A DNA stretch of 64,000 bases from Escherichia phage C6. The position numbers were made by a program, and so were the translations under genes. Of this stretch, positions 52,469-63,114 are shown piece after piece. The notes beneath the pieces are model-generated. The model was not told the origin of the DNA. It ran no database searches and saw only the letters and a list, made by a program, of their open reading frames with translations. Numbering within the stretch: position 1 is the first letter of the stretch; each line of letters starts with the position of its first letter. Location of the stretch: the sequence record MW679410.1; one strand, written 5' to 3'.

Positions 52469-54188
52469 TCAGAATAGTTTTCGTCGCAATAAACTGATTG
52501 AAGAAATGGCTCCTCAGCGTCGTGCTGAGGCGCTAGCCCAAACTCAGAACGACGAATTAGGAAATATATCAGATGTTTTATCCGATTCCCAGGCGGCGTC
52601 TGAATTGCTCTCTGAAGTGGTTGAGACAAAGTCCAATCAGATTATTAGTTCTGTAGACCGAGTAGATAAAAGCGTCCAAGACGTTGTCGCTGGAACAGAA
52701 TTAACAGCCGAAGCTATATCAGAACAAACCCAACAGTCTAAAGCTCTTTCGGATGCATTAAACGAAAAGATTAATAAGCTTTCTAATATGTTGGAGGCTA
52801 AATTTTCTGGTATTTCTATTCCACCGGAAGGGAGCTCATTAAAGGTTATTGAAGACTCTATTCCTGAAGAACCTAAGGCCGAAACTCCTAAAGTTCCTGC
52901 CGTTATTGAAGATATTCTCCCTCCGGAAGACAATAAACCTGACGCTGAATTTGTGCCTGAGCCTCCTAAAAATTCAGATGAAGGTAAAGAAGGTGATAAG
53001 TCTTCTCTTTCTGATAAAATTGAAGCCCTTACTAAAATAACTGAAAAGGGATTTAAAGCTTCTGTAAGTGTCGCTGATAGAATTTCAGGCATGCTTTTTA
53101 AGTATACCATTACTGCCGCCGCTGAAGCTGCTAAACTCGCCGCAGGTTTAGTCCTTTTAATATTTGGTATAGATGCCATTCGTGTATACTTCCAATATTT
53201 CATGGACCAATTTGAGTCAGGGTGGAAAGAATTTAACGATAAGTTTAAAGAGTGGGGCCCGTTACTTGAAGGGCTAATGACATGGGCCAAGAATGCCGAG
53301 GCTATGTTTAGTGAAGGGAACTGGTTAGGCCTGGCCGAAGCTATTATTCGCGGTATGGTTAATCTTACTAAAAATATGGCACAGCTTTTAATGCTCGGTA
53401 TTTCTAAGTTGATTTCGGCTATTTTAAGTAAAATACCTGGTATGGGTGATTTGGCTGAAAACGTAGAGGCTTCCGCTTTAATGTCGTATCAACAAAATAC
53501 TGGAGCCACTTTAGATGACGAAGACCAAACTAAAGTAGCCAAGTACCATGATAGACGTTCTGCTGAGGCTTTAGAAACAGCCGAGAAAATGAATAAGAAG
53601 TATAAGGATAAACCCGAGCTTATAAACCAGGCAGAGAAATACGGTAATCTTACTAAAGAACAAGCCGACCAATTACGCGCAGGTGGAATTGACACAAGCT
53701 TCCGTGACCTCCCTGAAGAAGAACGTTTAGATTATTTCAAGAAACGTGATAAAGCCCAAGCTGATATTATTCGTTTGACCCAAACTGCCGATAATATAAT
53801 GAAGCCTGATTCTAAAGATATCGAAAACGCTAAAGCATATAAAGCTGATATCGAGAAACAATTGGCTGACCCTATTATGGCTAAAGGTGGTGCACCGAAG
53901 GACCTTAATATCCAGCAATTACTTGATAAGATGAATAAATCTTTAGAGAAATTTAACGAAGCTGAAAAGCCTAAACCTGCTTCTGTAGCTGAATCCCCTG
54001 AAAATACCCAGGTTAAAAAGGTTGATGAGCAAATGAGAGCAAAGGAAAATGCTAAATATAGTCAGCAGGCTCCAACACAAATAAATCAGCAAACGAATAT
54101 CAAGAAAACGAGTAAGACTAGTTATAATTTACCTCCACAGTCCTCTACTCCGGCTCCTGGTATGCGTCAAGCTACTAAAGTTAATTAG
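52452..54188 (+). CDS. 29: gp29 baseplate hub / tail length determinator
   Basis: Size and synteny. Confidence 0.9.
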   Translation: MKNESNQNSFRRNKLIEEMAPQRRAEALAQTQNDELGNISDVLSDSQAASELLSEVVETKSNQIISSVDRVDKSVQDVVAGTELTAEAISEQTQQSKALSDALNEKINKLSNMLEAKFSGISIPPEGSSLKVIEDSIPEEPKAETPKVPAVIEDILPPEDNKPDAEFVPEPPKNSDEGKEGDKSSLSDKIEALTKITEKGFKASVSVADRISGMLFKYTITAAAEAAKLAAGLVLLIFGIDAIRVYFQYFMDQFESGWKEFNDKFKEWGPLLEGLMTWAKNAEAMFSEGNWLGLAEAIIRGMVNLTKNMAQLLMLGISKLISAILSKIPGMGDLAENVEASALMSYQQNTGATLDDEDQTKVAKYHDRRSAEALETAEKMNKKYKDKPELINQAEKYGNLTKEQADQLRAGGIDTSFRDLPEEERLDYFKKRDKAQADIIRLTQTADNIMKPDSKDIENAKAYKADIEKQLADPIMAKGGAPKDLNIQQLLDKMNKSLEKFNEAEKPKPASVAESPENTQVKKVDEQMRAKENAKYSQQAPTQINQQTNIKKTSKTSYNLPPQSSTPAPGMRQATKVN

Positions 54189-54196
54189 GATTAATA

Positions 54197-55285
54197 ATGA
54201 AAGCAAAAGAACTTGACTTTGATGTAGCCTCCTTGTTTAAAGGAGGTTCAAAGACCTCCGCCGGGCAGTCTAAAGCTAAACCGGCTCAAACTACGGTAAC
54301 GGCCCAATACCCGGCAGAAAGGGCCTCTGGCAATGACACCTCTACAGATATGGTGTTAAGCGATTTATATAAAAACGGCTTACTTTTTACAGCGTATAAT
54401 TTTAGCTCTCGTGTATCACCTGATTTGCGTAATGACCGATCAAGTCAAATGACTAAAAAGTTTTCAAAAGCCTCTAGTAAACTTACCGGTAATACCGGAG
54501 GATTCAGCGCGGTTAAAAACTTGTTCAGTAATAACTCTAAAGGAGTTAAATTTGACAACCAAGCTTTGGCAAATATTTTACTCCCACGTTCTAAATCTGA
54601 CGTAGATTCGGTATCGCATAAATTTAATGATGTCGGTGAATCATTAATTACTAAAGGTGGTGGTACTGCTACAGGTATTTTAAGTAACATTGCAAGTACT
54701 GCTGTATTTGGTGCATTGGAATCTGTAACTAACGGCGTAATGGCTGATTCAGGTGAACAGATATACACCACTGCCCGTAGTATGTACGCCGGCCCAGATA
54801 ACCGTACTAAGGTATTCACTTGGGAAATGACTCCACGAAACGCTCAAGACCTTATCCAGATTATTAAAATATACGAAATCTTTAATTACTATTCTTATGG
54901 TGAAACCGGCAACTCAGCCTTCGCTGGTGAATTAAAAGAGAAGATTGATACCTGGTATCGTTCTACGTTTAAAAAAGAAGCTATTGACAAGTTTGACGGT
55001 AAGCTATTAGGGGAAAGTATTACAAGCTTCCTTTCTAATGTTATTGTGGTAAGTAACCCGACCATTTGGTATATCCGAAACTTTGGCGATAGCAGTTCAT
55101 ATGATGGTCGTGAAGATATTTTTGGTCCATGCCAAATCCAAAGTATACGATTTGATAAAACCCCTGATGGTCATTTTAACGGATTGGCTATTGCTCCTAA
55201 CTTACCATCTACATTTAGTTTAGAAGTTACTTTCCGTGAAATCATTACTTTAAACCGTGGCTCACTTTATACGGAAGGATTCTAA
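54197..55285 (+). CDS. 48: gp48 baseplate-tail tube junction protein
   Basis: Size and synteny. Confidence 0.9.
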   Translation: MKAKELDFDVASLFKGGSKTSAGQSKAKPAQTTVTAQYPAERASGNDTSTDMVLSDLYKNGLLFTAYNFSSRVSPDLRNDRSSQMTKKFSKASSKLTGNTGGFSAVKNLFSNNSKGVKFDNQALANILLPRSKSDVDSVSHKFNDVGESLITKGGGTATGILSNIASTAVFGALESVTNGVMADSGEQIYTTARSMYAGPDNRTKVFTWEMTPRNAQDLIQIIKIYEIFNYYSYGETGNSAFAGELKEKIDTWYRSTFKKEAIDKFDGKLLGESITSFLSNVIVVSNPTIWYIRNFGDSSSYDGREDIFGPCQIQSIRFDKTPDGHFNGLAIAPNLPSTFSLEVTFREIITLNRGSLYTEGF

Positions 55286-56238
55286 TGTATACTTTACAAG
55301 AATTTCAGAATCAGGCAATTAATATTGACCTACAAAGGAATAACCTGTTTAGTGTAGTATTTGCTACAGTTCCTTCTTCTAAATCTCAAGCGCTCCTCGA
55401 CCAGTTCGGTGGAGCTTTATTTAACAATATCCCATTGAATACCGATTTGTTTGGTATTACACAAGGAGAGTTGACCCAAGGTGTTACGACATTAGTGACA
55501 GCGGGCACTCAGAAGTTGATTCGTAAGTCAGGTATAAGTAAATATCTGATTGGAGCTATGTCATCCAGGGTTGTGCAGAGCTTACTAGGAGAGTTTGAAG
55601 TAGGTACATATCTGATGGATTTTTTCAATATGGCTTATCCTACGGCAGGTCTTTTAGTCCACGCCGTTAAAATCCCGGATAATACTTTGAACTATGAAAT
55701 GGATTTGAACCACAACTCGCCTAATATCAAAATTACCGGAAGAGAATATTCTCCTCTGGTATTAAGCTTCCGTATGGATTCTGAAGCTGCCAACTACCGT
55801 GCTTTTAATGACTGGGTCAATAGTGTTCAAGACCCAATTACACAATTAAGAGCATTACCTGAGGATGTTGAAGCTGACATTCAAGTCAACCTTCATTCTC
55901 GTAATGGATTACCCCATACAGTAGTAATGCTTAATGGGTGTGTTCCTGTTAGTGTTTCGTCACCGGAATTATCCTACGACGGTGATAACCAAATTGCTTC
56001 GTTTGATGTTACATTTGCTTATAGAAGTGTGCAGACGGGTGCAGTCGGTAAACAGGCGGCTTATGAATGGCTGGAAGATAAAGTCCTTAAAGGAGTGGCG
56101 GGCATAAGTGAGAGTAATTCACTGAGTTCTTCAGTAGCTAAATTAAGCCGACTTTCAGGAGCTTCTAGTGGATTAACAGGATTGGTTAATACATTTGGTG
56201 GGCGTGCTATTAATAGTGGAATATCGAGGTTGCTATAA
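55285..56238 (+). CDS. 54: gp54 baseplate tail tube initiator
   Basis: Size and synteny. Confidence 0.9.
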   Translation: MYTLQEFQNQAINIDLQRNNLFSVVFATVPSSKSQALLDQFGGALFNNIPLNTDLFGITQGELTQGVTTLVTAGTQKLIRKSGISKYLIGAMSSRVVQSLLGEFEVGTYLMDFFNMAYPTAGLLVHAVKIPDNTLNYEMDLNHNSPNIKITGREYSPLVLSFRMDSEAANYRAFNDWVNSVQDPITQLRALPEDVEADIQVNLHSRNGLPHTVVMLNGCVPVSVSSPELSYDGDNQIASFDVTFAYRSVQTGAVGKQAAYEWLEDKVLKGVAGISESNSLSSSVAKLSRLSGASSGLTGLVNTFGGRAINSGISRLL

Positions 56239-56245
56239 CAAAAAA

Positions 56246-56263
56246 GGAGAGCGTACGCTCTCC
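56246..56263. terminator. hairpin GGAGAGCGUACGCUCUCC between convergent gene 54 and minus-strand gene
   Basis: Perfect 7-bp inverted repeat flanked by A5 and T3. Confidence 0.5.
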
Positions 56264-56271
56264 TTTAGGGG

Positions 56272-56562
56272 TTATTTACGGAACGAAATGAAACCTGCTG
56301 TGGTCATTAGCGGTTGCTTTTTAACAAACACCGTAACTGAAATAGGAGCTTCAGATTCGAGTTGTCCTGTCACTACACCGTTAAAAATGTTTTCGGTTTG
56401 TTCTGGATGAGAAAAATTCTCAACAGGTCGGATATCAAACTGTTTGTCTTCACCGAAAACTCGACGTAATTCATTACCCACTGCACTGTCAAACTCTTCA
56501 GAAGCAGGGATAACGTTTTCAACTACCAGTTCTTGACCATTAAAACGGAATGCAGATTTCAT
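56272..56562 (-). CDS. hypothetical protein (96 aa)
   Basis: ORF track; GGAG SD; early-type promoter upstream. Confidence 0.5.
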   Translation of the reverse strand: MKSAFRFNGQELVVENVIPASEEFDSAVGNELRRVFGEDKQFDIRPVENFSHPEQTENIFNGVVTGQLESEAPISVTVFVKKQPLMTTAGFISFRK

Positions 56563-56590
56563 AATGTTCTCCTCATGTTTGTGTAAGGTA

Positions 56591-56620
56591 ATAGTACCAC
56601 ATCCTTGTGGTGTTGTAAAC
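56591..56620 (-). promoter_or_regulatory. early-type promoter GTTTAC -N18- TACTAT
   Basis: Motif on minus strand. Confidence 0.45.
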
Positions 56621-58743
56621 TACATTTTGAATTTATTTGGCAGAGCAGAGATATCCAAAGATGCAGCAAGGATTTCCATAGCTTCGTTGCTTTCAGAAAC
56701 GGATTCATTAACCAAGAATTGACTGAATCCATGCATCAGGCGAACTTCACCAGTTTCCATCAAATGGTCGCCATCGTAAACAGATTCGCTGAGCTCTGAA
56801 GGAGGTGTTACTGTAGCTTCCATAAGATATTTGTGAGATACCCTATCATTCATAGCAAAAGCCGCTACTTTATCAACCTTCAACAATAATCCACGCGGAA
56901 GGATAATTTCTGCTTCTTCGGCATATTCTGTAAGGTCACCAGGAGCGATAACTTTAACTGCTTCAGCACCTCGAATAACCATACCAATTTCAGCAATTCT
57001 ATCCGCAGGACCTTCAGGTGCAATTGGATTACCAAACTCGTCTTCTTCCCATTCTACCTCTTCGTCATCGACTTCACCCACATCAGATGAACTACCACTA
57101 GCCAATTTAAACAACTCATCAGCGGAGGATAAAGAACCTTCACCACCAACAAAAACGGCTTGGTTGTCGAGGGCCATATAATTTTTACCAAATTCACCAA
57201 AGATGTTAGGCTTTAATGAGGCTGACACAAAGTTCTTAAAGTAAAATGTTTTGTTATCGATATTATGACGCAGAATTTTGTATGGCAAATCCTGACCACG
57301 ATACAAAATAGTACCCTTAGGAAGTTTAATACCCTTAGTAAATGCTGAGTCTAAATCCTTAATCAATTTAATAGCCGTTGTATTGTTTTCGGATTCAGGT
57401 TTACCTAAAAGGAACAAGTTCATAGGAGCATATTCAGCTGCGCAATATTCAATAATAGCATTGCTTTCGTCTTTGGTTAGGTCCTTAGGTTTAATGAGCT
57501 CACCTGAATAAGCATATGCATCACTAATAGAATCGTTAATTAGTTTATAAACGGCTTCCATAGCGAAAGCAATTCGAGAGGCCTTTTCTGAAGGGGAGCC
57601 TTTAAAACGGGTACTCAGGTTATTAACAATTTTCTTAATAATATCCAGACTATTGGTTGTATTGATTTGCGAAAGACCGCTTAAAAGTCTATCGACTTCT
57701 GTATTAAAAAATGCCATATTATTAGAGTAAATTTCAAACCCTTGTTTATCTCTATTAGCATAATTTAGTTTAAATTTACTATCAGTCATTAAAGCGTGCG
57801 TGAGAGCAATGGTGTATCTAAAGTTGGCAAGGTCCTCGCTCTTAGATTTAAACTGAGAAGCCTGGCGCATTTTGGTAATAGCACCTTTTTTAAAGTTCTG
57901 ACTAATCTGTTCAATACCTTCATTCTCAGGGCCTTCAGCCGTGTGAACCGGTACAGAAGCTTCAAACTCGTTATAAACCTGCAATTCTTTAGGGGACAAA
58001 GTTTCAGGCTCAGCAGTAGAATACTGCGCGGCTGCTGCCATACGACGCGAAATCTTAGTACGAGTAATGACAGCCTTATCAGTACGTTTTTCTTCAACTT
58101 GTGCAATAGATGCCGCTACGGCTTCGACCTTACTTACGGCCTGGCCGGTTTTCTTAGAAACATACACTTCGCCAACTTTAGACTCAACTTTAGTATAAAG
58201 ATCGGCATTAATTTCAGGCATACCCTTGATATCTTCAATATTAGCCCCGCGACGTACTAAAAGAACGTAGGTATGTTTTCCGCTGAATTGGAACATGTCG
58301 TCAACAACTTTAAACTTACCACCGGTACGGGCCATAGCCAAACGAGCTAATACGCGCTGAACGGTAGGGCCTTTACCTTTCATTTTCTTAGTAGGGAAAC
58401 GGAATAAAACCGCGTCCATTTTAAGTTTGTTTATTTGTTCATATATGGTATCGAAAATGGTGTTCAGTGTACCGAGTGGATCGGTACCCAAACCACCCTT
58501 GAGTTCTGCCGGAGCGCCTTTAGCAGATAAACTCATTAAGATAACATGGACGTACTTATCGCCCGCCTTAACCATCTTAATAGCGTCGCCTTCAGACGCA
58601 TAAGATACCATACGTGCTACTAAATTGTCATTACCAGGAGCATGTACCGCAAAAATCTGCGGTACGCCTGAGCCAGGTTTAAGATTTGTTACTGGGTAAT
58701 TTTTTTTATCACTTTTATCAAAAACTTCGTTTAAATTTTCCAT
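56620..58743 (-). CDS. alt: Alt-like ADP-ribosyltransferase, paralog 3 (707 aa)
   Basis: Location between gene 54 and gene 30; R-S-E-type motifs (YRGQ, FVSASL, EAEIILP) in C-terminal third; N-terminal ~235 aa shared with two upstream paralogs. Confidence 0.75.
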   Translation of the reverse strand: MENLNEVFDKSDKKNYPVTNLKPGSGVPQIFAVHAPGNDNLVARMVSYASEGDAIKMVKAGDKYVHVILMSLSAKGAPAELKGGLGTDPLGTLNTIFDTIYEQINKLKMDAVLFRFPTKKMKGKGPTVQRVLARLAMARTGGKFKVVDDMFQFSGKHTYVLLVRRGANIEDIKGMPEINADLYTKVESKVGEVYVSKKTGQAVSKVEAVAASIAQVEEKRTDKAVITRTKISRRMAAAAQYSTAEPETLSPKELQVYNEFEASVPVHTAEGPENEGIEQISQNFKKGAITKMRQASQFKSKSEDLANFRYTIALTHALMTDSKFKLNYANRDKQGFEIYSNNMAFFNTEVDRLLSGLSQINTTNSLDIIKKIVNNLSTRFKGSPSEKASRIAFAMEAVYKLINDSISDAYAYSGELIKPKDLTKDESNAIIEYCAAEYAPMNLFLLGKPESENNTTAIKLIKDLDSAFTKGIKLPKGTILYRGQDLPYKILRHNIDNKTFYFKNFVSASLKPNIFGEFGKNYMALDNQAVFVGGEGSLSSADELFKLASGSSSDVGEVDDEEVEWEEDEFGNPIAPEGPADRIAEIGMVIRGAEAVKVIAPGDLTEYAEEAEIILPRGLLLKVDKVAAFAMNDRVSHKYLMEATVTPPSELSESVYDGDHLMETGEVRLMHGFSQFLVNESVSESNEAMEILAASLDISALPNKFKM

Positions 58744-58746
58744 TAT

Positions 58747-60792
58747 TTACCCTTGGGTGAATTTTTCTGGGATTTCGTCAAAATTAATACATGAAGCCAA
58801 AAGAGGCATTATATCCACCTTGGTCGATTTGACAAATGAATCAAAAGACACAGGGTTGTCGGTCTCTGTTTCTACGCCTTGGTAAACAACCAATTCGCCG
58901 GTTTCCATCAATGCATCACCATCATAGATAACCGCATTTTCTGCTAGTTGGTCTGTGGTCTGGATATCAGCTTCCAATAATTTGGTGTTGTAGTTTCCTT
59001 TATATGAGGCATCTGTAATTTTAGTAATCTTAACAGTAGTTCCACGTGGAAGAATAACCTCTTGTTCTGTTGGAGAACCTGACAATTCACCGGGCACAAT
59101 TACGTTAATAGAGTCTGCACCGGAAATTTTCCAACCGATGTTCATCATTGTATTTTCGGAACTCGTCAGCATACTTGGAAGAACAATTTCATTATCGCCT
59201 TGGAAAGATGTCCCAACGCGATAGTCCTGATGAACTGCGGCCATTGCGACGTTTGATACCCAGCCGCCAAAGATAATCGGCTTAAGGGACGTTGATACAT
59301 AGTTCCTGAAATAAAACAATTTTGAGTGTTTGATTTTATCAAAAGTGTTAACATTTAAATATTGACCACGCCAAAGTGTAATATCAGGTGGCAATTTATG
59401 GCCAATTTCAAATGCCGCATCCATATCATTAATTACTTCAATTACGCGATAACTATCAATAAATTCTGCATCCTCTTCATAATAATTACCCAACAAATAA
59501 TTATTAACATCGGTATAATATTGGCCGCAATAAGAAGAAATAGCCTCACGCTGCTCATACTCAAATCGATTATCGCTATAACTGGCTGTAAAATGCATAA
59601 CACTTTCTGACGCTTCATTAGCAAAATCGGTAACAGCAGCACTTATACGTTGAGCATACTCTTGTTCCCAAAGCTCTGCCGCATATTCGGCCGCATCCAT
59701 ATTAGGAGGAGCCTCATTCATTTTTCTTTCGATAAATGCAGCTTTGCGAAGGTTAAGAACCTCTGCACATGATTCGGCAAAAATCTGCATCTGCTTCATA
59801 CTGCCGACAGGAGCACGTTTAAGTTCACGATGCATACGGTTAAAAATTGGGTCAGAGTCTTCGACTCGAATTTCTTCTTTCCAAACACCGTTTGCTCGCA
59901 TAGCCATATCTGCCGCGCGCATACGCTCCATAGTATTCGTTTCAGAAGGTTGAATAAAAATTTCTAGTTCTTCATAATCGTCGATAAGTTCCGCTGTTGC
60001 TGGGGCACTAAATTTTGATGCCTCTGCATCAATCTCATTCCAACCTTCCGGAACTTCATCTCGAGGAGAATACTGGGCTGCGGCTACAGCACGCCTAGAA
60101 ATCTTGGTAGTAGTAATAACGGCCTTATCCGTACGTTTTTCTTCGACTGCCGCTATACTAGCAGATAGTGCTTCTATTTTGGTTACCGATTGGCCTGTTT
60201 TCTTGGATACATAAACCTCACCAACTTTAGACTCAACCTTAGTGTAAAGGTCTGCATCAATTTCAGGCATACCTTTTATGTCCTCAATATTAGCTTGTTT
60301 ACGAACCAGTAAAACGTATGTATGTTTGCCTGTAAATTGATACATATCATCGACAACTTTAAACTTGCCGCCAGTACGAGCCATCGCCAAACGTGCCAAT
60401 ACACGTTGAACAGTAGGACCCTTACCTTTCATTTTCTTGGTAGGGAACCGGAAAAGAACTGCATCCATACGAAGAGCTTTAACTTGTTCGTATACAGTAT
60501 CGAAAATGGTGTTCAGTGTACCAAGTGGGTCAGAACCTAACCCGCCTTTCAACTCGGCTGGGGTACCCTTAGCAGACAAACTCATCAAAATAACATGAAC
60601 ATATTTGTCGCCCGGCTTAACCATTTTAATAGCGTCTCCTTGAGACGCATAAGATACCATACGAGCAACCAGATTATCATTACCTGGTGCTTGGATAGAG
60701 AAAATCTGTGGAATACCGGAACCCGGTTTAAGATTTGTTACTGGATAGTTTTTAGCGGAATCACTATCAAAAACCTCATTTAAATTTTCCAT
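58747..60792 (-). CDS. alt: Alt-like ADP-ribosyltransferase, paralog 2 (681 aa)
   Basis: As above; motifs WRGQ, YVSTSL, DNEIVLP. Confidence 0.75.
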   Translation of the reverse strand: MENLNEVFDSDSAKNYPVTNLKPGSGIPQIFSIQAPGNDNLVARMVSYASQGDAIKMVKPGDKYVHVILMSLSAKGTPAELKGGLGSDPLGTLNTIFDTVYEQVKALRMDAVLFRFPTKKMKGKGPTVQRVLARLAMARTGGKFKVVDDMYQFTGKHTYVLLVRKQANIEDIKGMPEIDADLYTKVESKVGEVYVSKKTGQSVTKIEALSASIAAVEEKRTDKAVITTTKISRRAVAAAQYSPRDEVPEGWNEIDAEASKFSAPATAELIDDYEELEIFIQPSETNTMERMRAADMAMRANGVWKEEIRVEDSDPIFNRMHRELKRAPVGSMKQMQIFAESCAEVLNLRKAAFIERKMNEAPPNMDAAEYAAELWEQEYAQRISAAVTDFANEASESVMHFTASYSDNRFEYEQREAISSYCGQYYTDVNNYLLGNYYEEDAEFIDSYRVIEVINDMDAAFEIGHKLPPDITLWRGQYLNVNTFDKIKHSKLFYFRNYVSTSLKPIIFGGWVSNVAMAAVHQDYRVGTSFQGDNEIVLPSMLTSSENTMMNIGWKISGADSINVIVPGELSGSPTEQEVILPRGTTVKITKITDASYKGNYNTKLLEADIQTTDQLAENAVIYDGDALMETGELVVYQGVETETDNPVSFDSFVKSTKVDIMPLLASCINFDEIPEKFTQG

Positions 60793-60795
60793 TAT

Positions 60796-62880
60796 TTACC
60801 CTTGGATGAATTTTTCTGGGATGTCATAGAGGTCTATGCATGAAGCCAAAAGAGGCAGTACATCAAACCGTGTAGATTTAACAAATGAATCAAAAGATAC
60901 AGGGCTTTCGGAAGTATCGAAGTCATCTTGATATACGACCAACTCGCCGGTTTCCATTAGTACGTCACCATCATATACCACAGATTCTTGAAGCTCATCT
61001 GTTGTCATAACTTCAGCTTGGATGAGTTTTGTATTACTAGATGTTGTTCCATCATTATTAGAAGCATCTGTTATTTTATTAACTTTGACCATTAATCCAC
61101 GCGGTAGAATAACTTCGGCTTCAGTTGCTATTCCGAGATTTCCTGGATATACTACATTAACTTTATGAGCCCCATCAATAGCCCATCCTATTTGAACTTT
61201 AACGTAATCAGGATTTTCCTTATACGCCCTTATTTCATTAGGGTTAATAGTTATTCCTTCTTCATTTTTATCGACTGTCAATTCATTACGAACTTCCGGT
61301 TCTAAAAGACCGATACCAGCGTGTGTAACACCAAATCGTCCAAAAATGATAGGGGTTAAAGAAGTAGATACAAAATTTCTGAAATAGAACACTTTATTTT
61401 TAACTAGTGCTTCGTATATAGGAGCAGTCATACTCTGTGCACGATAAACTGTAATGCCTTCTGGTATACGGTCACCATTTTCAAAAGCAGAATCCAAATT
61501 ATTAACTGCAGATTCGATATCTTTTTCGCTCATAACCTCATAGTTCTGAGGATTATAACGTCCTAAAAGAAGATTATTTATGTCTGTATATCCTGAACCA
61601 CAATATTCTCTGATGCCGCGCTTTTGTGATGGGGTATATTTAGAGCCCTCACGAGCAATAGTAATATCGACCATAATACCACCACCCACACCAGCAAAAC
61701 TATATACACGTTTTTTAATGAACTTGGTCTTGGCGGCTTTCCACTTCGCATCGGTCAATTCATTCCAGAGGTCGTCAGGTTGGCCTTTACGAGTTTTGTT
61801 ATGCCGGGCCAGCCATTCACCTTTGTATTCTTCGAAAACGGTATTAATAGCAGAGGCATATTTTTCTAGAGCTTTAACAGATGTCAAAGGTTCGTTTTTG
61901 ATGGCCGTAAGAATTTTATCTTTAATTTTCTCTTGGATTTCACCTATACCGTGAAGAGGAAACATTTTATAATCGTAATGCAATTCTTCAGCAGTGCCTT
62001 CAGCCACTATATTAGCAACCTTATTTTTAGCCGCAGGAGAATTGTTATTAGTAACCATTTCCTGAGCCTCAGGGATTAATGGAACTGTTGCTGGTTTATT
62101 AAAATCCGCTGCAGTAGCTTCATATTTCTTAAACAATTCACTTTCATTACGATAAGATTCCAATGATTGGCTTGCTGCAATAGCACGTCGCGAAATCTTA
62201 GTCTTGGTTATAACCATTTTATCAGTGCGACGTTCTTCAACCTTAGCAATACTGCCGGCAATAGCAGTTTCTTTAGTAACCTGCACACCTTCTTTTTTGG
62301 AAATATAAACTTCACCGACATCAGAATCTACCTTAGTGTATAATTCGGAATTAATTCCTGGCATACCTTTGATATCTTCGATATCAGCTTGTTTACGAAC
62401 TACTAAGATGTAAGTATGTTTACCGGTAAATTGGTACATAGCCGGAACTACTTTAAAACGTCCACCAGTTTTCTGTGCTACCAAACGTTGGATAATCCGT
62501 TGGACAATAGGTCCTTGTCCTTTCATTTTCTTGGTAGGAAAACGGAACATCACGGCATCCATACGAAGCTTTTTAACTTGGTCATAAACCACATCAAAAA
62601 TAGTATTAATCGCATCTACGGGAGTAGGGCCAAGGCCACCCTTAAGTTCGGCCGGAGTACCTTTAGCTGAAAGGCTCATAAGGATAACGTGGGCATATTT
62701 ATCACCCATTTTAACTTGTTTAATAGCATCACCTTCAGAAGCGTAGGATACCATACGCGCGACCAATTGGGATTCAACGTCTCCAATTTTCCAAATCTGG
62801 GGTACTTTAAGTTTAGGGTTCAAGTTTACTGTAGGCAGAGTGCCTTCGGACTCAAACACTTCATTTAATTGTTCGGTCAT
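60796..62880 (-). CDS. alt: Alt-like ADP-ribosyltransferase, paralog 1 (694 aa)
   Basis: As above; motifs YRAQ, FVSTSL, EAEVILP. Confidence 0.75.
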   Translation of the reverse strand: MTEQLNEVFESEGTLPTVNLNPKLKVPQIWKIGDVESQLVARMVSYASEGDAIKQVKMGDKYAHVILMSLSAKGTPAELKGGLGPTPVDAINTIFDVVYDQVKKLRMDAVMFRFPTKKMKGQGPIVQRIIQRLVAQKTGGRFKVVPAMYQFTGKHTYILVVRKQADIEDIKGMPGINSELYTKVDSDVGEVYISKKEGVQVTKETAIAGSIAKVEERRTDKMVITKTKISRRAIAASQSLESYRNESELFKKYEATAADFNKPATVPLIPEAQEMVTNNNSPAAKNKVANIVAEGTAEELHYDYKMFPLHGIGEIQEKIKDKILTAIKNEPLTSVKALEKYASAINTVFEEYKGEWLARHNKTRKGQPDDLWNELTDAKWKAAKTKFIKKRVYSFAGVGGGIMVDITIAREGSKYTPSQKRGIREYCGSGYTDINNLLLGRYNPQNYEVMSEKDIESAVNNLDSAFENGDRIPEGITVYRAQSMTAPIYEALVKNKVFYFRNFVSTSLTPIIFGRFGVTHAGIGLLEPEVRNELTVDKNEEGITINPNEIRAYKENPDYVKVQIGWAIDGAHKVNVVYPGNLGIATEAEVILPRGLMVKVNKITDASNNDGTTSSNTKLIQAEVMTTDELQESVVYDGDVLMETGELVVYQDDFDTSESPVSFDSFVKSTRFDVLPLLASCIDLYDIPEKFIQG

Positions 62881-62917
62881 AATAATTCCTCTTTAATAAC
62901 CTTATTTATGCCAGAAA

Positions 62918-62931
62918 AGGCCCGAAGGCCT
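62918..62931 (-). terminator. hairpin AGGCCUUCGGGCCU + U-rich on minus strand
   Basis: Read directly; overlaps stop of 62931..63113. Confidence 0.5.
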
Positions 62932-63113
62932 TAAAGTGGTAGCAACGTACGGTATACTTCAAATTTAGGACCCTTTTCATAGCGGTCGAAATTATCTTTA
63001 AAATCGGCGAACGCGATTTCATTTTCAAATTCAAGGACAATTTGGGACACCGCAGTGGAGACATCGCCACCTTCTTTATATCCAATAACCACGGTTTCTA
63101 AATAAACTTTCAT
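62931..63113 (-). CDS. hypothetical small protein (60 aa)
   Basis: ORF track trimmed to ATG 63113 adjacent to ligase stop; start uncertain. Confidence 0.4.
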   Translation of the reverse strand: MKVYLETVVIGYKEGGDVSTAVSQIVLEFENEIAFADFKDNFDRYEKGPKFEVYRTLLPL

Positions 63114-63114
63114 A

